DNA of 64,000 bases from assembly GCA_951406725.2 (NCBI GenBank), contig OX597817.1, forward strand, positions 45,260,001-45,324,000, written 5' to 3'. Within the stretch, counting starts at the first letter, position 1, and each line of letters begins with the position of its first letter. The stretch is from Octopus vulgaris (taxonomy: Eukaryota). Below the pieces are notes generated by a model, which made no database searches, was not told where the DNA came from, and saw only the letters and a list, made by a program, of their open reading frames with translations. This document shows positions 26,660-41,207 of this stretch, piece by piece. The position numbers and the translations under genes are program-made.

Positions 26660-27418
26660 CTTAATGCAACTGCCTCCCTTGTCCAACTCTCCCTATCGGT
26701 CTTTCTTTAACCTCACCACAAGTATATTACTCTCTGCTATATATTGTATCCTAAACATATATCTTTCTCTTTACCTTACCCTCCCCATCGTACAACATAT
26801 GTTAACGCTCCTCTCTCCCTCTTTTCTCTAACCGTCTTTTACTCTCGCTCTTACTCTCTGCCTTCAACTAACACACGTGACACATTTGGCCTTATACATC
26901 TTTCTGTATTTCTTTCTTCTCTATTCACACTCCTCCCCTCTTTCTCTATTACTCATCCCACCTTCACCTCTCTAACTAAAGTATAACGCGCGAACTAACA
27001 GGCAGATTATTATATATATATATATATACTCTCACTTGGCCAAAGTGATTCGCTCAAAACCCTTGTATCCCATTTAGAAAATTCCAACATACGATTTGGT
27101 GTTTCATCAGCTTTGTATAACATATAGAATAACTTAGCGGAAACTAATACATCTCTAAATATCGTTTCCTTGATACAACCAACAAATAATGCCATTCATA
27201 TTAAACGTTAAAAGACGAAAATCACATTGGATAAATTCATTCTGTATATACTAAGGAAACATTATACCTGGTTACAAAATTGTTAGAGAAGTGAAAATCA
27301 ATAATACGAGAGACGTGTTGTTCTAATAGCCAAATAATCCTCCACTTTGTTTTATGAAAAGAAGAAATTTTTATTTAAAAACGTATACGTCGTGCTAAAA
27401 AGAGTTTGTATTCTGTTA

Positions 27419-27950
27419 TTAACCCCTTGACGCCGGTATTACGCGAAGCATGCGATACACTGCTACGGTTTCTTTTTATCTAATGAGGCCACACAAACAC
27501 ACAAGTGCCAACGAGCTCTCATCTATTTACGTTCACCCTTACAATAACATAGCGTCGTACATTTACGTCTATCGGTTTATGAAAACGAACTATGTGAAGC
27601 TATTTATCATAATATGATATGCACGAGTTATTCTGCTCATTTTCAAAAAATTGCTTGCGTGTGGTACAACTCAAAACACGGTATTATGCATGTAAAGTAT
27701 CCGCATGTCATTGGTCTACTGCTAGTCTCATGACTTGAACGTAACCTAAAATAGCTAAGATAATGCACGGGATGGCGAGCGTGCGTACCTCAAGAGATAA
27801 AGTACACGATAGCGAAAGGTAAACATACGTCAGCCGCTAAAAAGTCCGTGATAGATGTAGGGCAGCTCTACGTCGTATATTTACGTTAACCGCGGGTAGG
27901 CAAGCAACAGTGTGATCGCATATTTGCGTCAACCGTTATCAAGGGGTTAA
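27419..27950. mobile_element. piggyBac-type non-autonomous element
   Basis: TTAA-CCCCTTGA at left and TCAAGGGG-TTAA at right (TTAA TSD, CCC/GGG termini). Confidence 0.8.
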
Positions 27951-27967
27951 CGTAATACGATGTCAAA

Positions 27968-28160
27968 TGTTTGGCACATTGTCTGCAGTTTCGAGCGAGA
28001 GAATAAATTGATTAAATCGACTCAGTGTTCAACTGGTAGTTATTAACTCGACCCTGAAACGAAGAAAGGCAAAGTCGACTTCGTTTGAATTTCAACTCAC
28101 GGAGTAATCACGGTCGAAATGCAAGTAAACATTGCATCTAGCGTGCTAACTATTCTCCGA
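27968..28160 (-). mobile_element. Old diverged SINE family B copy
   Basis: TCGACCCTGAAACGAAGAAAGGCAAAGTCGACTTCG..GAATTTCAACTCA. Confidence 0.7.
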
Positions 28161-28574
28161 ATGTATTTTAGCTACGACTACTATCCATATGCTCTAGTTG
28201 TTCTTATGAGCGAAACATTACTTCTGCAACGAGAAACCGTATTACGTCACCTGATGAGACGTTATAACACCATGGAATGCGCCGAAATGTCTTCTATAGT
28301 TTTCCTCCCTCGAGGGAATGATGCAGGATGTGTTGAAACGATCGTTGTGATAAATAAAATATCCAGTATATCTATCTTCTGTATTCATTGTTTCTCTTTT
28401 AATCAGTGTACACCGACTTATTGCTAATGTAGATCCCACGACGACTGAGCCATTACCGTGGATGATACCAGGTAGCCATAACCATCCAACGTGCTTTATC
28501 GGTATACTACTAGGGACAAAGCTAATAGTTAAATTTTAAATTAAACTTTAAACTTTAATTTTACCTTACACACA

Positions 28575-28647
<73 letters not shown>

Positions 28648-29368
28648 GCGTGTGGGTCACTTTGTCTGTGTGTGTGTACATGTGTGTGTGAGAATGTGCC
28701 CTTGTGAACTTCTGTACAAATGTAAATTCAAGAGGTATAAACGCTGAATAAAGATATCTTTATCCACATGACTTCCGTAGGATTAAGGCCATATAGCGCT
28801 CTTCATAATGTCGTATTGATTTCAGTATGGAAGAAATTAAGCGTAGATGTTTGCATAAATATGCATGCCCAGCATCATATAATATAATTGTATACATTTA
28901 CAAATTAATGCAAATAAAGAGAGTTTGCTCATTAAATCACCTGGACACCATAGTTACATAGATAGAGATTTCTGTATTAGCATTAATTTGTAAACGTAGA
29001 GTTGTATCATATAATGCTGAGCACATATTCACGTAAACTTGAACGCATAAGTTCTGGCTAACAAAAATTAATATCATATGATGAATATTGCGAAAACGAA
29101 AGGGCCACAATCCTATTGAAGGCAAGTGGTTGATTAAATATATATTCGCCTCATATACCTACTAATTTTGTCATTTTATATATACCGCTCAGAATTATTT
29201 TTAGTTCTGGGAAAGTTTTACATTACATTAGTTTGCCGTTGATTACAACGTGGTGAGTTAGACGTGTCCGAATGCGGTTCATATTGCGTTAGCCACACGA
29301 TTCTCTGAACCCAACATTTTAGTACTCGTTTATATATATATATATATACATTTATATACATTTAAATA

Positions 29369-29437
<69 letters not shown>

Positions 29438-29440
<3 letters not shown>

Positions 29441-29667
29441 GTTTTTTTACAGAAAAAAAATTCATCAAAAAAGTGGCAGTATATGAAAATACCTTTAAAG
29501 ATTAAAATTATAAACAACTTATACACAAGGGCAAAAGAAAATTATTGCAATGCCAATATGCTGATAACAGACTTTTATATATACCTTTATATATACCTTT
29601 ATATAATATAAGTCTGTTATCAGCATATTGGCATTGAAATAATTTTCTTTTGCAGTTGTTTATAAGT

Positions 29668-29670
<3 letters not shown>
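29438..29670. mobile_element. Fold-back element between (TA)n tracts
   Basis: Arms 29531-29574 and 29610-29653 (about 1 indel) plus TTATAAACAACT/AGTTGTTTATAA; unique tail 29438-29507. Confidence 0.75.
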
Positions 29671-29706
<36 letters not shown>

Positions 29707-30086
29707 ACATATATATTTATATACATTTATACATGTCTGTATGAGTTAGAAGTTAAGGAACCATCCTATGGATAGTGAATATCCAATATACTGCTAGATG
29801 TATACCTACGTATTTATATCCAATTGCAGGGCAATATCGCATTTCAATACTACGCAAAGTTGGGGTACAACAGACATTTGCCGAGGATTTACAAAGGAAA
29901 TAAGAAAATAGGAAGGAGAAACAATCGACAAACATCAACCTGTAAACATTCAGTTATACCTATGTTTTAGTTGATTACAGTCATATGTATGAGTGATCCA
30001 AATACACGAATGAAATAAGCAAATAAATAAGTACAGAGATACGTAAAATAAACAAATAAGGATGAATGAGTGAACAAATACTAAAC

Positions 30087-30229
30087 TCTTACAGCTGTTT
30101 CTAACATGGGGTTACCCAATCTTGCAACTTTTCCACATCACGCCAGTGATTTACTGGGATTTTACAAATGTTGAACAAACATTGGACAGGGGTTGGAGAG
30201 TGGCTGAACCCCCAAGGCTTCATCAAAGA
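30087..30229 (-). ncRNA. Degenerate hammerhead-like motif in a probable PLE pLTR fragment
   Basis: Minus strand TCT-TTGATGA-(GGGGTT..AACCCC long stem II)-GAAA-CAGCTG-TA-AGA; palindromic stem III. Confidence 0.45.
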
Positions 30230-31324
30230 CCAAATGTTAGTAAACTAACATCTGGAGAAGTAAGGTAAAATAATAAAGTAAAATAGAAATAACATAATAG
30301 AAATAGTAAGGAATTGTAAGAATGTCATTTCAAGGTGATATCGTAAATCCACGGAATTACATCTTATGGTAAAGAAAATCACTTCCAGGAATAAATTCCG
30401 TAGGCTATGAGAGTTACAACGTGTTTCAATTATAAACATAATTAAATCATTGATTGGCTATATCACTTATCGGGCCTTTTGCCCAGGCGATAATGCTTTG
30501 TCAATATGGATATGATTCCTTGTGTAGAACAGTTTTCATAGGTCCTCATAAACGCATTTCTGCTTCTCTTGTTCTTTCTTTGTGTCCTTTATTCTCTCTC
30601 CTCTTTTTTTCCCTCTTACATTGTCTGGGATCCCGGCTCTTAATATCTATCTATATTTCTAGGTCATATTTCTACTTGTCTTTTTAACTTCTTTCCAGAA
30701 TAGTTCTTCAAACACATAACGTTATACATATACATAGATAAAATCTTCTTCCACTTCTGGGGAGGACTTCTCTCTCATCAAACCCCTGAATTCATTTCCT
30801 ATATATGCTTATGCCTTTTTCTTTGGTAATGATTCTTTGTGTATACATAAAGATACAAATGTTTTCCCAAATAATATTGCCCTTCATGTTTGAAGCTTCC
30901 ATAAAGTCATAAGGTGTTACACAAACATACAAATATGATTACAATACATCTTAGAGAAGAAACGCCTGTATTGACGTAATTTATTATCCCTTTGTCATTT
31001 TAATTCGTATTATTTATATAATATACATATGTAAATATATATGTATATGTATGTATAAGTATATATGCATGAAATATATTTCTCTCTCTCCCACTCTCTC
31101 TCTTATTTTATATATACTCACATGCATATTATGTATATGTATATATATGTACACATGTATGTATATATATGTGTGTGTATATATTTATATATATATATAT
31201 GTGTATACATTTATATATATATGTATACACATTTATATATATGCATATATATATATACATTTATACATATAAATGGATATATGTGTGTATGTGTGTGTGT
31301 AACACGGGCAATAGATTCACACAC

Positions 31325-31362
<38 letters not shown>

Positions 31363-32519
31363 TTATATATATAAATGCATATATGTGTGTACATCTGTAT
31401 ATACATATATATATGTATGTATATGTGTGTGTAACATGGGCAATAGTGACTCTTTATGATAGTTGCAGTTTAGAGCAAACAGTTTTATTAACAATGCCGT
31501 TTCAGCCATGACACGTCTGCCGTATTCCCTAAGCAGTGCATATAAAACTCTACTTTTTTCATTACTTAGACAGTCAAAAATAATTTATGGAATTTTTGAC
31601 TATTACTTCTAGCGGTTAGGAACAGTTATAGGTTTTCTTCTTATTGATGGTGATAGTCGTGGTAGGCTTCATAGCATCTTCTTTACGTTTTCCATTTTGT
31701 AAGGCTACATTATATTGGAGATTGTTTTATCAGTGATGTTGAATCATCAAACTTATGGATTGGAATGGGGAAAATATTACATATTCATGAAAAGGTTGAA
31801 ATGAAAAGAATAAGATTGTCACTTGTAATTTTGTGGGTATAGTTATTGGTTTGATGCCGTGTTATGTGTGATGTTTTGATAGTGGTTGCATTTTTGTCAG
31901 TCGAAGTAATGGTGGTGGTTGTATGTACCCGTGTGTATATGCGCACATATGTGTATATTTACTGGTATTAGAAGTATTGGTGAGGAAACGCAACGGAGTA
32001 AAGAATTAATAAGATGTTATTACTTTTGCCATATCAAAACAGAAAAAAAAAATTGTAACAAAAACAAAAATAAATAAAATACATAATAAAAATATTACTA
32101 CCATTATCTTTTATTCATTTCTCTTTTGCATTTTTCATGTTGCGTCCCGTAGAAATCCCGAGGTGATATTGATATTAATCTGAATAAATACATATAAAGT
32201 TAACCGAAGTTAGCCTAACGGGCATATCACAGTGTGAAAGACAACGAATTGAAAGACGTCAGATTCTGGTTTCTGTAATAATATATATGAAAACAGATTT
32301 TTAGCTAAAAATCTTGTGACAATTCGCTAAAGAACTAACGTCTTCTGCAATCATTCGCTTCTACACCCAGCTATGTAGATATCAAGATGTGAGAGTGGTG
32401 GAAATATTCGCATCCAGTCTTCTATTACACAGGGATGCTCTTCTTGCATGTCTTTACCTGTGTGCTTGCTTCTCTCTCACCGTATATATGCGCGTGTGTG
32501 TGTGTGTGTGTATACATAG

Positions 32520-32566
<47 letters not shown>

Positions 32567-32569
32567 CTA

Positions 32570-32612
<43 letters not shown>

Positions 32613-32635
32613 GTCAATCTATCTATCTATCTTTG

Positions 32636-32688
<53 letters not shown>

Positions 32689-33551
32689 GTCTATGCTTTT
32701 GTATATAAGATTTGATGTCATTAACTGTTTCCATAACAACCATGCTAAAATACTAAATGTGTTCATTTAGATTACATACGCACCGACGAATTCCTATATA
32801 GCAGCTTATATTTGTGTGGTCAAGTATATACCGACAACTGTAAATGCGCAATGCACATAAATATACATTCTAGCCCCCGTTTCCGAAGTGTCTTTGTGAA
32901 TATCTTGGTTGCGTTTCGATTTGTACAAACATTACAAATACGAGTGTGTGTGTGTGCTTGCGTGTCTGTGTGTATCGTTGCGCGTGCTGACGATACGTAT
33001 TAGTTACTATAAATTACCACAAGGAAGCTACATATTTTTGACACTACATATGCCGCTCTACTCGTACCATTTTTGCTGCTAAAAATCGCATTATTGGTTC
33101 AAATTTCGTAGAAGGGGCGAGTCGATTACGTCGACCCCCAATGTTCAACTGATATTATTTTATCGACTTCCAAATCATGAAAAGCAAAGTCGACCTCTAA
33201 GCCGGCCACCAGAGGAATTACATATATTAAAAGGGATATATTAATGTGATACCGTCTAGCATTGACTTACATCTTTATTTGAATAAGGTTATGCTTACTT
33301 GTTGACTTTGTGTTCAACTGTAATGTTACGTGACCCAATTTGGAATTTGGCAATACAGCAATAGCATAGAGAACAACAGATGATACTATGCTAAATGCAA
33401 TAAGTATTATATATATATGATATAATAGGTAATGGTGTCATTGAGACCCAAAGGTAATGCTGAATAAGCTCCATAGACAGATCACAGTTAATTTCCAGGT
33501 TTGGTGATTTTGCGAATAAGGGGTTCAACGTTGGTCATATGTTAGTTTGTG

Positions 33552-33647
<96 letters not shown>

Positions 33648-33649
<2 letters not shown>

Positions 33650-35370
33650 AAGGGTGAAAAGGAACACACGAGTTGATATATATGAAAAAACAAGTCAAAA
33701 TAGAAAATGCTAATATAATTTTATAAAGAACATTTCAGTACCGGTTTCGGTCATTTTGAGACCTTTTCAACTGTAACGATTAAATAATTAAATTTAGAAA
33801 AATTAAAAGAAAAGTTTTTTTAAAGGAATATTTGTATAGTGTTCAAATATAAGTGGCATTCTGCCTTTCTCTGTCTCCCTTGTTTGCACTTGTGTGTTCG
33901 AGGCCGTTGTGAATTCTTGGTAGGGTAGAAGAAGAAGAAGGTTGATGAGGAGAGGGGTGGAAAATTTGGGAGTGCCTTGATGGTCGTATTTTGAATGGTC
34001 AGTGGCGGCTAGCAGTTGCAGTTCAATTCAGGAGAATATTTCTATTGAAAGGTTTGTTTATGGAATTTTCGTAGGTGTTATACTAAAAAGCATTAGTGAT
34101 AAAGTTAAGAGGTAGAAGGTGGAGAAGAAGAAGAAGAAGAAGAAAAAGAAGAAGAAGATGACGATGTTGATGATGATGATGAAGAAGAAGAAGAAGAAGA
34201 AGAAGAAGAAGAAGAAGAAGGAGAAAGAGAAGAAGAAGATGATGATGATGGTGATGATGATGACCACGATGATGATGATAATGATGATGATGAAGAAGAA
34301 GAGGAAGAAGAAGAAAAAAGAGAAGGGAGAATATGAATGGGTGAAAGTAGTGACGTGTTGTATGACCTGAAGTTGGCACCTTATGGATTATAGCTGTGAT
34401 TGGGGCTGATTTGTAATGGATTGTTTGGAATGTAATATTTGTGTGTGTATTTCTTTTATTCTAAAGTTGAGGTATATTAATCGTTTGTCGTAGACCCGTT
34501 AAGAAGTGGCCTGTATTTTGTAATAAAGAGAGTTTCTTTACTTATTCGTTGTCTCGAGGTTGTATCGTCCCTAAATTGGTAGAGGGGGAAATCCTGAAGC
34601 CTGGTGTTTTGTTGTTGGCGCAAGTAGCTATGTGTTGGCTGAAAGCTATTTTTCTGTTTTGGGGAATTTTTATCTGGGATCTGTGCAGGACCATTCTTTT
34701 ACGCAAACTATTTTTTGTTTGGCCTATGTACTGCTCTTGACACCCGGAGCAGGTTCGTGAGTATATTAGGTTCTCCGAAGCACATGTGAAGTTGCTTTTC
34801 ACTGTAAACCGTTGTCCCTGTTTGAAGGAGAACTCTGATCCCTCAATTAGATAATCGCATATCCTGCAATTGGGTCTTCCACATTTTTTTACTGTCGGCT
34901 TCTGTGTTGAAGAGTGTATTCGGGCTTGTGTTAGGAGACTTTTCATAGATTTAGGCTGTCTCTTGCTTTTTATGATCGTGTGTGTTTGGAGGATTGTGTT
35001 CATTCTGTGTTTTTTTTAGGAGGGGTATGTTGTGGAGGATGGTGCCGAAGGCTTCATTATTGAGAGGGTTTTGTGTGGAGATGTATGGTAAGGCTTTTGG
35101 TCGTAAGTTTTTCTTTGATTTGGGATGTCTCAGTTCCTTGATATTAAAATTTCTTGGAATTCTATGAGTTTTTCTATATTTTTATGCCAAAGAATGAAAC
35201 AGTCATCTAGATATCTCTTCCAGTTGTTTTCTATGTAGATGGAAAAAGGGCTGCCATATATTTCTAGAACCTTACGATACAGACCGATCTCTAGATATCC
35301 TATGACTAGGTTGGCAAAGGAGGGGGCCATTCGTGTGCCCTTTGCAATCCCCGATTTTTGTCGGTAGAAG

Positions 35371-35372
<2 letters not shown>
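33648..35372 (-). mobile_element. Penelope-like element (Neptune-like), 5'-truncated and internally deleted, flanked by (TA)n on both sides
   Basis: RT motifs GTRMAPSFANL..WKRYLDDCF (35130-35370); linker LPYISTQNP; CGRPNCRIC zinc knuckle; GIY-YIG NLIY..CSGC..YIGQT..R..H (34542-35003). Confidence 0.92.
33731..33778 (-). ncRNA. Minimal type-I hammerhead ribozyme (U3-A8 variant) in PLE 3' end
   Basis: CGTTACAG-TTGAAAA-GGTC-TCAAAAT-GACC-GAAA-CCGG-TA-CTGAAATG. Confidence 0.75.
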
Positions 35373-35407
<35 letters not shown>

Positions 35408-35763
35408 TTTTAGGACCAGTTCATATGTATGTTCCACGCGTGCGTCATACAAGTGAGGTGGTCATAGAAAAAAGTTTTAACTCTCGTTGGATAGAGTACT
35501 CTTTTTGTTGAACCTGGCCTACCAACCTATTCATTATATATATATACTTCATATTAATTTAATATTTACTTTCTATTTACTGAGTATTAATTGAAACAGC
35601 TGTACGGGATGATGATTGATTTACTATTAATAATAAAAAATTAAGTTCCTAATCTCTATTTTCTTTTTCTTCAGTTATATATATATGTGTGTGAGTGTTT
35701 TTGTGTGTGTATACACCTATCTATCTAACTGTCTCTCTCTCACTCTCTCTATCTATCTATCTA

Positions 35764-35874
<111 letters not shown>

Positions 35875-36366
35875 ATAAAGAAAACGGAGAAAGAGACAAC
35901 CAGAAAAAATCAACAACGTGGGAACGGAGCACATGTAAAGTATTAATAAGACGCTCAGTAAAAAGAGCGGGTCACAATCATAGTAAGCAATAAAGGTCAC
36001 ACATCTTTCGTTTTCCCTCAAATGCATAACGTATAGTCTGAAATCACTTTAAGGCTTTCGAAATATTGCATTCACAAGCTATTTCCGAATTTTGCAATAG
36101 TTATAGCCTAAAGCCATTTTGAAGCTTACAGATTTTTATGGTTGCATTTTAACAGTAGAATCGTCTCTTCGATCGGAACATTTTAGATAATATCAATACT
36201 TTTCTTGCGCTTAGATGAATGAATACTGAAGTCGGTTATGTATTTCTGCTAGTTCCCGTAAAAAGCATGGCAATCTTTTGTTGTTTTTCCTCACGAAGAA
36301 TTATAATTTACAAAGATCCTGTAAACGCACGAATCACATTATGAATGCTGATATACGAAATTTTGA

Positions 36367-36600
36367 AGGCGGCGAGCTGGCAGAAATGTTAGCACGTCGG
36401 GCGAAATGCGTAGCCGTATTTCGTCTGCCGTTACGTTCTGAGTTCAAATTCTGCCGAGGTCGACTTTGCCTTTTATCCTTTCGGAGTCGATTAAATAGGT
36501 AACAGTTACGCATTGGGTCGATATAATCGATTTAATCCGTTTGTCTCTCCTTGTTTGTCCTCTCTGTGTATGGCCCCTTGTGGGTAGTAAAGAAATAGAT
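36367..36600 (+). mobile_element. SINE family B, full length, tail type 1
   Basis: GGCGGCGAGCTGGCAGAAATGTTAGCACG..AGTAAAGAAATAG. Confidence 0.9.
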
Positions 36601-37889
36601 ATAGGAAATTTTATATTTATCCATAACCCAAAATTTTCTTTCATATAAATATCTCCTTATATACAACCTAGGAGTGGTTTTTAATAGGATTTTGAGTTTT
36701 ATATTTTTTATAATATCAATAATCAGTATCTCAAAACTTAAATCTTTTAATTCTACGGAGTGCGATTTCGAAAATAAAATACAAACTCTTGTATAGAGAT
36801 ATAGATAAATAGAAATACTTCTCTACTTAACCATTGCTATTGCCGGGCAATATCGCATTTGAATACTAGGTATGGGTGGCGTAAAACATAAACAAGTTTA
36901 TTTCTTACAAATCTCTCTGTTACTTTGATCACACTGTAATTACTCTTACCTCAATATTTAACGGTATGAAACTGTATTGAATGTCGTTAACATAGAGTAG
37001 ACACAGCTAATTATTTCTGTAATGTTTTCCGTCGAAGGAACAGATCTGTTGTGAAAAGCATCATACCACATATGAATAGACCTGAGGGAAAATACATATC
37101 AGAAGGACGTTGTACATAACAAATATACGTAGAATGGTCTCGCATATGCAATGTAGACAGTTGAAAAGCTTCCATTAACTGAAATAATCAAACATACAAT
37201 CAATAGACATATTCCACCTTCAGGGGTGGCGTCTAAAATCTAAAAACGAAAAGCAAAATAAAGATTATTCCAATTATATCGGCAACGCAAAATGTTTGGA
37301 AAGTAAAAATAGTGGAGAAATGTACGTATCATGCCTTCAAGGTAACTAGCAAAACAGGTACATGTTTCAAAAATATTAAATCTCCTCAGAGGTGGTTATT
37401 TATCTTAGTGGTAAGTATATAGAAATAATCAGCAAACAGGAAAACCGAGACTCTAATGATGAATGTCAATAATAGGTCTAAGAGGAAATATATTGTGGCT
37501 GTTATTATTTTTTGTTAATATAATAGCCCCAGTATCTGGCATGCAATGTAGTAAATAAATTGAAAATTCAATCCTAAATTCAGTTAATATTTAACTGCAA
37601 TATATGCAGACATGTCATCGGAACCCCATATGGAAAGAATATTAGAATATCACTTTTAACTTTTATAGATTTACTGGCGCTTGTATTCTTCAATTCAGTG
37701 AAATACATTCTTAAGAATATCCCTCCTCTAAATATACATGAATATAATGCGACCATCATCGTCAAAAGATGTTAGTTTTGTGCATTATTAAATTCACATA
37801 AGTAATTCAGATGTTCTACAGGTCATGTTATATCTCTAGCCTGTGAAGAGATCATGAAACGTTTCTCCGTTTTCTTGCATCAGTGTTGG

Positions 37890-38310
37890 TGTTGTGATGA
37901 GAATACGACACCCTCTGACGACAATAGACAGAACCACTACATATAAGTTGTAGCGGTCTAACGTAGTCGTGTGTTCGTAGTTTGGTTTTCGAAGTTCAAG
38001 TACAGTTTACATTTTGAGTTGGTGTGCTGGCCATTTTGATTTTTGGTCCGTAAAAGATTGTTGGTTCGTTGCGTGTTTGTTACTGCCGCTGTTTCTGTTT
38101 TGCTTGTCATAATACTGTTACAGCGTATTCTTTATCTATCGTTAATAATTTTCAATCGTAGTATGATATTGGAGGCGTAACGATATAACATTTGGCGACG
38201 AGGATTTCTCGAAGCCCACATCGGTTATATGACTATTTGTGCGTCATACAAACTGTTAAATTATGGAGAACCTATTAGCTTCAGTAATACAGCTTCAAGA
38301 GAAGCAACAA
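37890..38310 (+). mobile_element. 5' LTR + primer-binding site + probable start of gag of a Gypsy-type element
   Basis: TGTTGTG..ATAACA (37890-38190) immediately followed by TTTGGCGACGAGGA (PBS-like); ATG GAG AAC CTA TTA (MENLLASVIQLQEKQQ) at 38263. Confidence 0.7.
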
Positions 38311-41207
38311 TCGTACTACGATATTAGAAGTGTAAGGATATAACAGTTGGTGGGAATAGTTGTGGTGAATGTACCGTATGTTTGACTTGTTTGTAGGATA
38401 CAATATCATTCTCCACATTTATATATGTAAACTGGAATGTATGAATAGTAGATATTGGTGGAAGATAGTACATTGGTATATTTACTAAAGGGTAGAGAGT
38501 GAATTTACTGTTCCAAGTCTACTATCTGTAACTGAAGGAATATAGATGGTAGCGTTTAAAATCATCGACGAAAGTACTGCGCCTACAGCAGATAAGAGCA
38601 TATATAATAATATACTACTGTGATTTGTTATTTAGCCACGCACTCTGACTGTTTCATTGCTTACGTAAACTTAGAGAAATTTTCTATTGATCGCAGCAAA
38701 GTTGTGCTTTTCGTGAAGTCTTTAACATGCCTCCCGTTTTTAGTAATGATTTTACTTCAAGTAACGAGTCAATGCAGTCACCTCTTGTTAGATTTCTGTA
38801 ACTTGTGAGTGCATTGCACGGCAGTATCAGCAAGACACACCAGGTACTGTTATGCTAAGTAACTCGCACGGCGTGCTCAGAGCATTATGGTTACTGATGA
38901 GGTGATCTAATGATTTGCGAGAAAGTGGGGCACACACTTACAGTATTAGCATTATCTTGTTCAACCATGATAATGTGTCCTTTAAATGTTTACACTATAA
39001 GTGGCATCTCAAGTATACTTCGATAGACTTTTAGGCAAATTATGTCAGTAGTTTACACATAAGGATTATCAGTATTGGACAGTGTTCCACGGTTGAATTT
39101 ACTGATAAAGGGACACAAAACGTGTTAGAAATATTCGTCAATTTCATTGACAGACAATACTGACTCAAAGAGCGAAGTCGTTCCCTTAGGGTTCTCATCC
39201 TTGAATGTGTTGCATTATGGATTCATTTGTCCTTCCGGGTGTAAGCTGAAGCAGATGCTCCTTCGGAAAACCTTTTCAGCTGTAAGTACACATTTACTCA
39301 CATTGTCCTTAATCCACTTTGCAAGACAGCAGCATCTCCCGTTTGTATATCGTCCTTTGACCTTCCTCATGCAAGTGAGTAGTCACTATTTTACTTTAGC
39401 TAGTTAATGGTTACGAACAAATCCATAATCTTACACTGAATCGCATGTTGTAGTAATACAGTTTAATCTGCAAACCTTGGAAACGCTATTATTCCGAAAC
39501 AGAACAATCACGGTAACACGGCGTTACTTAAGCGATAATTCCATTCTTCTCAATATCAAGGATTTCGCAACCTTAGACACCGGCAACTGATACAGTTTAA
39601 GCTTATATATAGCAACTTGCTTTGAAGACCATCTTCGTTTGCTTCTTTCTTATACGTTACAGTTGCCTTGATTAACAGAAGTCACAGTATAATGGTAATT
39701 GTTTAAACCAAATATCAATGTGTATAAACAACGGTATCAGAAAGCAACGAACGACATTTCCACTGCGCGAAAATGCCAGCATAGGTCATGGTTGGCTTTG
39801 AAATAAGTCTTATTGATTATTCATAGATTATATGAAGTTGAAGGGCCTTATTTTGCACCAACGCTTTTCTCATTCTTTCATTGATCCAGAAGAGAATGCT
39901 CTTTGACTTAATTATATTTCTATCACTCTTTACTAGATGTTTCACGTATTGACTTCTTGTACATGATAAAATTGAGAACTTCCTTATTATTCCTTATTAT
40001 GTCTTGATATAGGATTTATTCTAAATCTTTCTAAACACAGCCCGACAGACAGTTTTCAGTTAACTTCGACCACTGCATCCGGTCCTATGAGACGTGAATT
40101 GCAATCGATGTGTCAGTTTGCATAACATCACAAATGATTAAGATTTACTTTTAACACAGCTAAAATGGCTAGAATCGATTAGACGTTGTAAGTATTCTTC
40201 GCGAAACAGATTTCCCCATTGTTGCGTGCATGATAGACTGAAGCAAGACAGGATATCTCAAGTGATTGAATCAGTTTAAAATACAAATACATTCCAATGG
40301 TGCGTCGTTGTCTTGATCAAGGTAAATCTTTATCAAAATCATTAACGCATCTTTCGCTAAATACATGCGGTGTTATTACAAACCAAATTAATACTAAGTA
40401 TGTTAGCTAATATTACTTATTATTAATGATCAACGTGTTATGCCTAGACGGCGAAATAATTTATATATTCAATGAAACTTGCAATATAAACCGGATAAAT
40501 GTGTTTGTTGTAAGTTAATCAATAAATTTCCGGTAGTAGCATTGCTATTTTTGTTTCAGATTTAGTGAATCTAGCGCTATCCATTCTACACTGCGCTTTT
40601 TTAAAGACTTACACTGATTTGAAGGAATTTCAGGCAATTTTATGGTAGGCTCAATTAAAGATTTTGTAACTGGATATCGGCTTAATTAATTAACATCAAA
40701 AGTATACCAAAATTATATTTTCAGAAAAGATTAAATATTCAAAATTAAGCATCTTTAGATATTTTCTTTCTCAACAAGATAGGTTAACAGAACATTTTCC
40801 ATTCAGTTGGTATTGCAAGTATTCTTGCATTTACTGCTGCTGCTGCTGGTAAATAGAATTATTGTAGAACTAAATGGAAACTCTTAGACGTCAACTTACT
40901 AAACATTTGCATGACTAATACGATCAGAGAACTTGGAATGATGTTTGATGAATTTGCATAATGTTAGGAAATATATTCGGCCAAATTTAGGTGAGAGACA
41001 AATGGAAGCAGGAGTAGAGAATAAAAGCAAGAATGAGCAATGTGATAGCTAGCTCCAGAAGACAAGTGTAGAGCAGGCCTATAGATTTTGGTTATTCACG
41101 GCGAATGTTAAATTGTCTCACCTTTCAAGGGATTTAGTTTGAGCCATTTTTCTACGAGGAAGGGCAAAATAAGTTTAGAGTCCAAATGGCATTAATCTTG
41201 AAAATAA

